Part shown: one piece after another, positions 9,643 through 18,514 of the stretch | Layout: each line of letters begins with the position of its first letter | How positions within the stretch are numbered: position 1 is the first letter of the stretch | Source of the DNA: Nitrosopumilus sp. | GTDB lineage: Archaea > Thermoproteota > Nitrososphaeria > Nitrososphaerales > Nitrosopumilaceae | Length of the DNA: 64,000 nt | NCBI GenBank assembly: GCA_965207445.1 | Contig: CBDBLX010000002.1 | Coordinates: 1,783,849 to 1,847,848, forward strand | Reading direction: 5' to 3' | Program-made: the position numbers and the translations under genes | The notes under the pieces: model-generated | What the model saw: only the letters and a program-made list of their open reading frames with translations | What the model was told of the DNA's origin: nothing | Databases searched by the model: none

Positions 9643-12600
9643 TTATTCAACCAAGATGGCAGGTTTGAATGGCCTAGCATGTCTGGCCTTTGATTTTGGA
9701 TCATACATATCTGGATCAGATTCAGAATACACATCTACCTGAGCATTAAATGTGGCAGATACAATATTTGGCAGCTCAGATCTGAGAAACGCCGATTCAG
9801 TAAAATTATCCATAGATTCAAGACGTGCATTTCTAATTGCAACTGGATCAGAGAGGATATCCTTGATTGTCTTTTGCACAAAGTCAGGCATTTTTTTAGC
9901 ATCAGTTGTCTCTGGATTTGCAACAAGACGCTTCATTACAAGCCCCATTGAAGTATCACCTTTTGAAATTGCATGTAAAATATGTTTATATATTATACGC
10001 TTTGAGGCAGTATTAGAATTAGTATTCAAGTCATCAGATACATACAATGTTATCTTTGATGGGGTCATTTTTGTCACTTTGAGAATACTTGCAATGTCAT
10101 TTATCGTTGATTGTAGCAAGTCCTCTGCTTGTAGTGCAGATTGGTTGATGTGAGTAGAGTTTAGATCTGGCCACCTATGCGTATCCCACATTTTATGAGA
10201 ATAACCAAGTGATGTCCACATTAAAGATGCCACGTGAGGTGCAAATGGTTGTAATAGCGTGACTCGAATAGTCATTATTGCGTGCAATATGTGCGACATG
10301 TCACGTGTTGAGCGTTGCTTGGCAGATGCGCGGCGAGTGTGCCAAGATAATACAGAATCTATCTCAAACAAGATCAGATGCAAAGCCTCACGAAGTCGCA
10401 TCTTCTCCATTGCATCACTTGTTGCAATAACCATCTGGGAAATCTTTGAGAGCAGCCACACATCCTCTGCAGTCAGCAAGTCAGATTTGCCAAGGAGTAT
10501 TTCATGTATGTTGACAAGTACATCTTTTTGATCATGGTTATCAGCACCATCAACACAGTTATTATTATGATCATTGTAATTGTTGCCTCCATCAATATCA
10601 CAAATGATAGAATTAGTGTTTTCTTTGTAAAAAGAGTACAGTTTTGTACACTCAAAATATAACGCCTCAAGTTTGGCGCGCATTCCATATACAGAATCCA
10701 TATTAAAGTCAGCATCTTGTAATAGTTCAGCAGATATTATTATTGCTAGTCTGATCGGATCTGCTCCAAACTCCAATATTGCCTTTCTAAGTGGGATGAT
10801 ATTTCCCATACTCTTTGACATTTTAGATCCGTTCATCAAGACAGAACCATTTACTACAATACCACATGGCCACTTTTTCTCATCAAATATTGCAACGTGA
10901 TTCAACACAAAAAATGTCAGATGGTTTGGTACAAGATCTCGTCCTGAGTGTCGATAATCTACAGGGTAGAAATAATCAAATTCCTGTTGTATTTGTTTCA
11001 GAGTAGATTCAGGTATGGTGGTTTTTGCACGCCATTGGGCCATTGAATCGTTGTTGTGGTTGTTGTGGTTGTTGTTGTGGTTGTTGATATTGTTGATAAG
11101 ATCATCTGAGTTATCTACGGTATCTTTACTTGCAGTATTATTCCACTTGCCAAGCAGGACATAATCAAAGAATTCAGGTGTCATCTGTTCTGGTGCAATC
11201 ATACCATCATGAACAAACCGCGATATCACATAGTATGCCATATAGATCACAGAGTCCGAAAGACTCTCAACTATCCAATTTCTGTCCCAGGGTAGTTTAG
11301 TACCCAATCCATGTTGTCGTGCACATGCACGCTCATGAAGCCAGTCAACTACATGTCCAAACTCTTGTCGAATATCATCAGGTAAAATACTCATATTAGT
11401 AAGGCATTTGTGAGTTTTTTTCTTCCACTCCATATCACCATAATTCAAAAACCATTGATTATCAAGCATCTTAACTGTAGATTTAGAGCCACATCTACAA
11501 AATACGGGTCCATCAGTAATCTCAAGGAATTGCTCTGCATGACCATGTTCTGCAAGCCACTTTCCTACTTGATCTTTTGCATCTTTGACTTTTTTATCTG
11601 TAAACTGGGCAAGTGGAATATTTGATTTCATAACACCTTCATAGAACTCTTTTGAGTAGAGTGTTTTTGTAGCATCCTCAAGGCGCGGGTCTGATTGGCC
11701 TGTGCAACCATCTATTTCAGATATTACACTAGCAGCAGGAATACCATCATATTGGGCAGTATCAATTATAACAATTGGTTTTATCTCAGATGCAACAGCA
11801 ACACATGACGATTCATCTAGCTTGTCATGGACTAAATCTTGCAGTGCTTGCCAATCATATGGCGCATGTGCAGGAACCGACATTACAATACCAGTGCCCG
11901 TATCAGATTCTACAAACAGTGCAGGAAGTATGGGTATGCTACGAGTGCCACTAGCATCATTATCACTATACGAAATACGTGCATTATTTCCAACAAGTTC
12001 AGATCCTGCAATATCACCATCAATAGTGATATCTTTGCCAAGAAACTTTAACTTGTAAGCGCACTCGGAACTGACAATCCACTTTTGCTCATCTGGCATG
12101 ACGGTGATCTTTTTGTATGATATGTCAGAGTTAACCCATAGATTCGTCACACCAAATATGGTCTCAGGACGCAACGTTGCAACAGGAATAACATAATCAT
12201 CAAACGTTTTGAATTTAATCATTACATATTCTGTAAATGCAGGTTCCACATCACCCAACGTATCATGTTGAGACACAGGATTTTGACATTCGGGGCACCA
12301 TCCAACAGGGTGAGATCCACGTATAATCAACCCTTTTTGTTTTAAAAGAGATATCTGCCATTCTATGAACTTTGAGTATCCGGGATCAATTGTAGTAAAC
12401 TCACGACGCCAATCAATTGAGTAGCCCATCTCTTTCATTCCAAGTTTGATCTCTTTGTGAAAATAGTTTGCAATTGCAAGTGGGTCAACGAATGTAGAGA
12501 TATCTTGTTCAGAGACACCATATATGTCACGTAAATTATTTACGATCTCATCTTCTTTGTTTTGTACACGTTGTGCCATTCCTAAAATTGGAGTGCCCGT

Positions 12601-12936
12601 ATAGTGAAATCCCATAGGAAATAAGACATTGTAACCTTTAAGACGCCAAAATCTAGCATGCACATCTGCAAGTGTATACGTTCTGCCATGTCCGATATGT
12701 TGAGGTGAATTAGGGTATGGATATGCCACTGTGATAAATTTTTTTGGTCTTGTATCATCAGGATACGGCTCAAAAAGTTTGGCATCAGACCATCGTTTTT
12801 GACAATCACGCTCAATTGATTGCCAATCGAGTTTGGGAGGTTCTGAAGAATCGGTGTTGTTGTTAGTGTTGTTGTTAGTGTTGTTGTTAGTGTTGTTGTT
12901 AGTGTTGTTGTTAGTGTTGTTGTTAGTGTTGTTCAT
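9643..12936 (-). CDS. leuS: Leucyl-tRNA synthetase (archaeal type) with Asn-rich insertions
   Basis: AYPYPNSPQHIGH (HIGH), ATLRPET, KMSKS, ARPFKPAILVE C-terminus. Confidence 0.97.
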   Translation of the reverse strand: MNNTNNNTNNNTNNNTNNNTNNNTNNNTDSSEPPKLDWQSIERDCQKRWSDAKLFEPYPDDTRPKKFITVAYPYPNSPQHIGHGRTYTLADVHARFWRLKGYNVLFPMGFHYTGTPILGMAQRVQNKEDEIVNNLRDIYGVSEQDISTFVDPLAIANYFHKEIKLGMKEMGYSIDWRREFTTIDPGYSKFIEWQISLLKQKGLIIRGSHPVGWCPECQNPVSQHDTLGDVEPAFTEYVMIKFKTFDDYVIPVATLRPETIFGVTNLWVNSDISYKKITVMPDEQKWIVSSECAYKLKFLGKDITIDGDIAGSELVGNNARISYSDNDASGTRSIPILPALFVESDTGTGIVMSVPAHAPYDWQALQDLVHDKLDESSCVAVASEIKPIVIIDTAQYDGIPAASVISEIDGCTGQSDPRLEDATKTLYSKEFYEGVMKSNIPLAQFTDKKVKDAKDQVGKWLAEHGHAEQFLEITDGPVFCRCGSKSTVKMLDNQWFLNYGDMEWKKKTHKCLTNMSILPDDIRQEFGHVVDWLHERACARQHGLGTKLPWDRNWIVESLSDSVIYMAYYVISRFVHDGMIAPEQMTPEFFDYVLLGKWNNTASKDTVDNSDDLINNINNHNNNHNNHNNDSMAQWRAKTTIPESTLKQIQQEFDYFYPVDYRHSGRDLVPNHLTFFVLNHVAIFDEKKWPCGIVVNGSVLMNGSKMSKSMGNIIPLRKAILEFGADPIRLAIIISAELLQDADFNMDSVYGMRAKLEALYFECTKLYSFYKENTNSIICDIDGGNNYNDHNNNCVDGADNHDQKDVLVNIHEILLGKSDLLTAEDVWLLSKISQMVIATSDAMEKMRLREALHLILFEIDSVLSWHTRRASAKQRSTRDMSHILHAIMTIRVTLLQPFAPHVASLMWTSLGYSHKMWDTHRWPDLNSTHINQSALQAEDLLQSTINDIASILKVTKMTPSKITLYVSDDLNTNSNTASKRIIYKHILHAISKGDTSMGLVMKRLVANPETTDAKKMPDFVQKTIKDILSDPVAIRNARLESMDNFTESAFLRSELPNIVSATFNAQVDVYSESDPDMYDPKSKARHARPFKPAILVE
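12854..12933. repeat. 12-bp tandem repeat encoding the (NNNT)n N-terminus of LeuRS
   Basis: GTGTTGTTGTTA x6 plus a partial copy. Confidence 0.92.
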
Positions 12937-13204
12937 AAAAATTCACATTTTTTTGTTATATTAAATTCTCTTGTCACAAGTGTTGGCAAAAATAACACCA
13001 GGTATCATCATTGTTGTTAACATCATTATCATAATCATCACCATCATTATCAGGGTAATAACAATTATGTACGTGATCAGTCCATGCTTGATATAATCAC
13101 TTGCATTTTATAATAAATTGGGCCATGTGGGAGGTATCACAATGCTAAAGGTGAAAATCAAGCTTCATTAGTCAAAAGGTGATCATATGCATAATTATCA
13201 ACCA

Positions 13205-16093
13205 TTACAGTGACAGAATTTGCATTATCTCAGACTTTACAGATTCAACTGCCAAGTCCCGTTTATCAGAGTTTGGACCACCTCCTTTAGAGAGTGACAT
13301 ATTATTTCCACTAGAACCACCACCAAGTATATCCGCGGCCAGTGCAGTAAATTTAGACGCATCAATACCACATGTTATTGCCTTAGGCCCTACATAAGAC
13401 ACGACACGCGTGGTAGGCCCTGATGTAAAAAAACCCACGTATGCTGAGTTTGGTACATGTTTTGTCAATAGTTTACCAAGACTCATGTGAAAGCGTTCAT
13501 CACGATCATAGTCTGTTAACATACAGATCTTGATGAAGTGCGTATTTGTAGTGTTTGTAGATTGATTGCCAGTTGTTATATCAGCAGTAGCAACATTATT
13601 GTCATTGTCATCATTGGGGTGATGGGGGTAGTTGGTGTGATTGGTGTTGTTGTTATTGTTATTGTGATTTGTATCACTATTACTAAAAGCATCAACATAA
13701 GATACAAACACAGCAACACCACCTACATCATGTATACCACTTGCAACATTTGATATACGATTTACTAGATCAGGTACAAGTTCGCGAGTAGTCTCTCTTT
13801 CTAGTTCACGTCGTTTGAGAGTCTCCTCACGTTTTGTTTCTGCTACTCTTTGTTCCTTTGCTACATATTTTTGTTTTTCATCATATAATGTGGCAACATC
13901 ACCAGAAACAAATTCAATTCTCACTACACCATCTTGAATGCGCTTTGTACGAGTGATTCGAATCTTTTGTATCTTGCCAGTACTCGATACATGTGTACCA
14001 CCACACGCTTCGATATCCTTATCAGATATTGATACGATACGAACTGCCTTTACAGGGACTATACCTCCCTGATATATGCGAAATCCATATTTCTGCTCTG
14101 CATCACCTCGCTCCATATACTGTATGGAAACTGCAAGATCATCGCGTATCATCTGATTTGCAGTATCCTCAATCTCCTTTACTTGTAATGTAGATAAAGG
14201 TGAGTGGTGTGTGATATCAAGTCTAGCGTGATCAGCATCTTTGAATGCAGAGTGCTGCCATACCCACGACCCTAATACGTGACGTGACGATGCATTGATG
14301 ATATGAGTTGATGTATGATGTTTTGTAATTGCATCCCGGCGACTCTTATCAATTATACAGTGTACGCGCTCACCTACAGATACTGTACCGCTTTTGAGAA
14401 TATGTACAATTATGTTTGCGTGTTTTTCCACATCAATTACATCAAAATTGGCAATCGTCCCATGGTCTGGTTCCTGCCCACCACCGCGTGCATAAAATGA
14501 CGTACGGTCAAGTACAACTTTATTGTTCTCATACCACAGTACAGTAGCATCAAATTCAAAGGGGTCACTATTATAAAAGAGAAGTTCTGTATCAGGTATA
14601 TCATCAAGTGCAATCTCAGCAAGTGGTGCAATTTTACGTGATTGATGCAGTTCTGATATACGAGTATAAAACGCAGATGGCACCTCAGACAATACACCTT
14701 CATCTACCAAATATTCAGGTGTAATACCATCTGATTCATACAAGGTGACTAGTGTATTCATGTCCGGTGTTTGATTACGCTCGCGTACACGTGAGATCTT
14801 TTTTTGCATCTGTAAACGAGATTCCAAATACCTGTCACTTTCTATATGCAATATTTTTTTGACATCATCACGCTTGTCAATCAGCTCAGGATATGTATTA
14901 GCAAGATATGTAATATGTGCATCTACTATATCATCTACATCAATTAAATGTGATGCGGCACGTAGTTTATGAATACGCTCATTTACTCGTCTAATCATCA
15001 TGCGCAAATTATACCCACCACCCACATTGCTTGGTAGAGCACCATCTGCAATTGCAAATATCAAAGTACGTAAATGATCAGCTATCATATATACATCCTC
15101 AAGGGGCGTTATGATATTTGATGCCATCTGCTCTGAGATCCCAGTAGTGCTCAATGATTTTTTCCTAACAGTCCACAAGTCATCAGAGCGCTCCAGCATC
15201 TTTGCCACACCAGTATAGTACTCTTTTAGCATATGTGCATCAGCATCAAAACCTATGGCATCCTTGAGGAGAGTATCGACTTGGTTGCCAAAACAACAGT
15301 CGTATGCAGTTGGCGTTCCCATCGTAATCCATGCAAAACGTTCCAACCCAGCACCCATGTCAATTATACGATTATCAAGTGTTGTATGATTCTCTAGCGT
15401 TCCTTGAAACTCGGTAAACACTGCATTTCCCAACTCTAAACCACGCACAAAATACTCTAGTGATGGTCCAAACGAGCCACCGCCTGCCCACACATCCTCT
15501 ACAAATACGATCTCAGCAGGGTTTATGCCAAACCTACGTGTCAATAGTTCATAGTCAAGTCGTATACATTCGTCTTTCCAGTATCCACCTTTTATGTCAG
15601 GAATACAGTGTTGTCCTACCATACAAAAGCTCGAAAAGTGACGTCCCGTAACACCCACATTCTCCAAATCTTTGAATCGCAGACAGGTCTGTGGTACCAC
15701 AAGTGGGTTTGCAGGAAACTCAAAGACTACCTTTGATCCCATTACTCTCTGAAAGTCTACAATCGATGCAATGGTAAAATATAGATCATCACGCCATCTA
15801 CACACAACAGGATATCTTCCAATTATGTCATGTTTGTTTTCTGAGAAAAAAGAGCTTATCTGCTTCCATGATTCAGTATAGTCAAATCGTTTTTTAGTCG
15901 GTGGATCACCGATAAATGAATATGTGTCAGGTGCATCATCAGGACAATCAACTCTATCAGGGTCAAGTGTCCAAAAGAAACGACCACATGTACGGCAAGA
16001 CTTGCGCGTGAATCCAGAGTCCTCAAAGAGATCAACAGTATAGTAACGTTGTGGTTCTGATGAGAATTTTTTGAGGATTTCGTTTTTTTCCAA
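13205..16093 (-). CDS. alaS: Alanyl-tRNA synthetase (archaeal type)
   Basis: RYPVVCRWRDD, VGVTGRH, GLELGN, IDMGAGLER, HTSTH...EACGGTH editing motifs. Confidence 0.97.
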   Translation of the reverse strand: MEKNEILKKFSSEPQRYYTVDLFEDSGFTRKSCRTCGRFFWTLDPDRVDCPDDAPDTYSFIGDPPTKKRFDYTESWKQISSFFSENKHDIIGRYPVVCRWRDDLYFTIASIVDFQRVMGSKVVFEFPANPLVVPQTCLRFKDLENVGVTGRHFSSFCMVGQHCIPDIKGGYWKDECIRLDYELLTRRFGINPAEIVFVEDVWAGGGSFGPSLEYFVRGLELGNAVFTEFQGTLENHTTLDNRIIDMGAGLERFAWITMGTPTAYDCCFGNQVDTLLKDAIGFDADAHMLKEYYTGVAKMLERSDDLWTVRKKSLSTTGISEQMASNIITPLEDVYMIADHLRTLIFAIADGALPSNVGGGYNLRMMIRRVNERIHKLRAASHLIDVDDIVDAHITYLANTYPELIDKRDDVKKILHIESDRYLESRLQMQKKISRVRERNQTPDMNTLVTLYESDGITPEYLVDEGVLSEVPSAFYTRISELHQSRKIAPLAEIALDDIPDTELLFYNSDPFEFDATVLWYENNKVVLDRTSFYARGGGQEPDHGTIANFDVIDVEKHANIIVHILKSGTVSVGERVHCIIDKSRRDAITKHHTSTHIINASSRHVLGSWVWQHSAFKDADHARLDITHHSPLSTLQVKEIEDTANQMIRDDLAVSIQYMERGDAEQKYGFRIYQGGIVPVKAVRIVSISDKDIEACGGTHVSSTGKIQKIRITRTKRIQDGVVRIEFVSGDVATLYDEKQKYVAKEQRVAETKREETLKRRELERETTRELVPDLVNRISNVASGIHDVGGVAVFVSYVDAFSNSDTNHNNNNNNTNHTNYPHHPNDDNDNNVATADITTGNQSTNTTNTHFIKICMLTDYDRDERFHMSLGKLLTKHVPNSAYVGFFTSGPTTRVVSYVGPKAITCGIDASKFTALAADILGGGSSGNNMSLSKGGGPNSDKRDLAVESVKSEIMQILSL

Positions 16094-16237
16094 GTGTTGG
16101 ACAGTTTGTCAATGTCATTATCGTCAATTTATACGATTCTTGTTTAAAGTAGTGTGTTGTATGGTATCAATTCAGGTCAAATCGGCAGTCAGAAACGGTA
16201 CCGGGATTTTGCTATGGGCGGCAAAACGAAAGATGTA

Positions 16238-16423
16238 TTAAACTAAATGCGCGCTTAATTTAATCCTGAAACGAAAAGAGCCTGGCAGGGTCTCACTTCT
16301 TTCTGCTACTGTCAGTCCAAAAAACAAGGCCAGATTGTCTACAAGATTCTTCGTGTGAATCGGTTTGTCATCCGACAGGGACTTTAACGGTAGGAGCATT
16401 ATGTCAAACAGTGAGGGAATCAA
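16238..16423 (-). pseudogene. Mrr restriction endonuclease N-terminal winged-helix fragment, truncated by the left TIR
   Basis: MIPSLFDIMLLPLKSLSD...LVDNLALFFGLTVAERSETLPGS resembles the Mrr_N consensus; ORF then runs into the TIR. Confidence 0.7.
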
Positions 16424-16684
16424 GTAACGCGCATTCCGGATTGGGTGGTTTTAAATTATTCTAGAGGTTTGTGACTATGGACAGATATTGAATACTTGTA
16501 TTCCGTGATTCGTGTTTGGCAGATGGTCTCAAGAGTTTACAAGCGTCCAACCTCTTGCGACACTAAGCATATCGATATGATTAAAGATCCGATATTTTGA
16601 TTGATGTTCATCTCGAAGTTGAGCACATATTATGAATACAAAATATTAGAAAACTATCGGATCTTTAATGAAACTATTAAACAT

Positions 16685-18139
16685 CTAGATCTTTGCGATG
16701 ATCTCGTCGAGGCTTATCGGGACATATCCTATATACTCGGAGCAAACGTTGATCGTTTTGTTTCTTCTGTTGATGTGAGGGTATGTAACAGGATGGGTGT
16801 TGTGCTTGGCCCCGTGTATGATCCACCCGTCCCAGTATGGCGGCCTGTAAGGATCGTGCATCAAAAGAAATTCGAAGCCTCTGTACCTTATGGGAAATCT
16901 GTCCTTTATCACCTCTGCTTTCGTAATAGCGTCGGTGTCGCGGTTTCCTCGTATGAAGCGCACTTCGCCGTTTAGCTTTGAAAGCCAAAAGTCTATGGAT
17001 CTTCTTTTTCTCCCATGTGTAATATCGCCTAGGTAATACACTCTGTCGCCCTCCCCCACTCTACTGTTCCAGTTGTCGACCAGTATGCGGTTCATCTGCG
17101 GAGTGGACGAGAATGGCCTCCTGCAGCGCCTTATAATGCTTGTATGATCGAAATGCAGGTCACTAAGCACGAAAACAGTCCCATGGCGTCTGCTTTCGTC
17201 TGTGAAACGCAGACGTTTTCCTGCATTTGTGGCAGATCTTTTCACCATCTTCTCAAAAGCCAACATCGTCTCCTTGAATAATGTCATGTCGAGCGCCTCG
17301 CGCCTGCTGAGCATTCTCCGGAGTATCAAGTCATACTCGCATACTATCGTCCGGTTTTTACCGATCACGCTTACCCGCAACGCGTGCTGTTTATGATCTG
17401 GTAGCTTCCAACTTTCCAAAAATTCCAGTATTCTACCAAATTCTCTCTTGATTCCGTCCTCTGTTTTCTCCGACAGATCCGTGTCGAGGCATATAGTAGC
17501 ATGGGGTTTAAAAGATCCTTTCAGATCGTATGCTTTGAGCTCGCAGAATCTACGAAGACTCTCGACGAGTTTTTGCTGCATTTCCTTCAATTCAGCTGAT
17601 GGAAGTACACGCGCGTGTACGGCACGTCCCGGAAACTCACCAAAATCGCCAAGGCGGAAGCTCACCAGATCATAATCTTTTACTACGTTCTGCACGGTGT
17701 CTATGAGATCTTTCTGGTTCGATGTACTTAATTCTCCCATTATGGTGATATGTGGGACGTACCTGAATTTGCTTTTGATGTCAAAGTTTATCTTTATGGC
17801 CTTTACAAGATCCCTGAGTTTCTCGTTTAGTCGCCCTCCGACCCGGATCTCTACCAAATATTTTTCGGATGTGAGATGGCCGCCGTCGAGACTATTTCGG
17901 GTACCGTTCTTGATCGCGGTTCTAGATTTTCTAGTCCTTACACGCGGACTGGTGCCTGTTGTTTTGGATGCTGAAAATCGATCGACTTGTTTTCTGTTGG
18001 CGCGAGTTTTCCGTGTGTGAACATATGAAATATGGCGCTTGTGTGTAGTCCGCACCGTGCGTTTGTGTCCATATGTTGCACTTTGAGAATGATTTGGATC
18101 CGTGTGATGTACATCCATATCTGTGCTGATGAATGACAC
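16685..18139 (-). CDS. 2H phosphoesterase (2'-5' RNA ligase-like) fused to a calcineurin-like metallophosphoesterase
   Basis: PHITI and PHATI HxT motifs; SDLHF, LGD, GNRD, MHDP, HGAKH; basic N-terminal extension, start uncertain. Confidence 0.85.
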   Translation of the reverse strand: MSFISTDMDVHHTDPNHSQSATYGHKRTVRTTHKRHISYVHTRKTRANRKQVDRFSASKTTGTSPRVRTRKSRTAIKNGTRNSLDGGHLTSEKYLVEIRVGGRLNEKLRDLVKAIKINFDIKSKFRYVPHITIMGELSTSNQKDLIDTVQNVVKDYDLVSFRLGDFGEFPGRAVHARVLPSAELKEMQQKLVESLRRFCELKAYDLKGSFKPHATICLDTDLSEKTEDGIKREFGRILEFLESWKLPDHKQHALRVSVIGKNRTIVCEYDLILRRMLSRREALDMTLFKETMLAFEKMVKRSATNAGKRLRFTDESRRHGTVFVLSDLHFDHTSIIRRCRRPFSSTPQMNRILVDNWNSRVGEGDRVYYLGDITHGRKRRSIDFWLSKLNGEVRFIRGNRDTDAITKAEVIKDRFPIRYRGFEFLLMHDPYRPPYWDGWIIHGAKHNTHPVTYPHINRRNKTINVCSEYIGYVPISLDEIIAKI

Positions 18140-18514
18140 ACTTCTTAAAAATACCTAATTCTGTAGTGCAGTCTCGAAACGATTGAGGATACGGGTATCG
18201 AATTTACTCCCATAATGAGGGCCGTTATTATGAGAAGGGTGAATAGGAATTGGCGCGGAAGCCTCTCTGACGGGGACTAGGTCTGCTATTAAAAAAAGAC
18301 ATTTGCATCTAATTGATTTTTCATTAGATGGAGGAAAGTGTCGACGATATGCATACGTTGTGGGACAAACCACTGTATGCTGCGGCATGTGTGAATGCGC
18401 CCCGGTTTGTTCTCCACATTTGACGCGTCGGAAATACATTCCTGTATGTTTGCGCCAATTCTGTGCCTCATCCAGTAGCGCACGTTGCTATACGTTGCCT
18501 AGTTCATCCACGGG

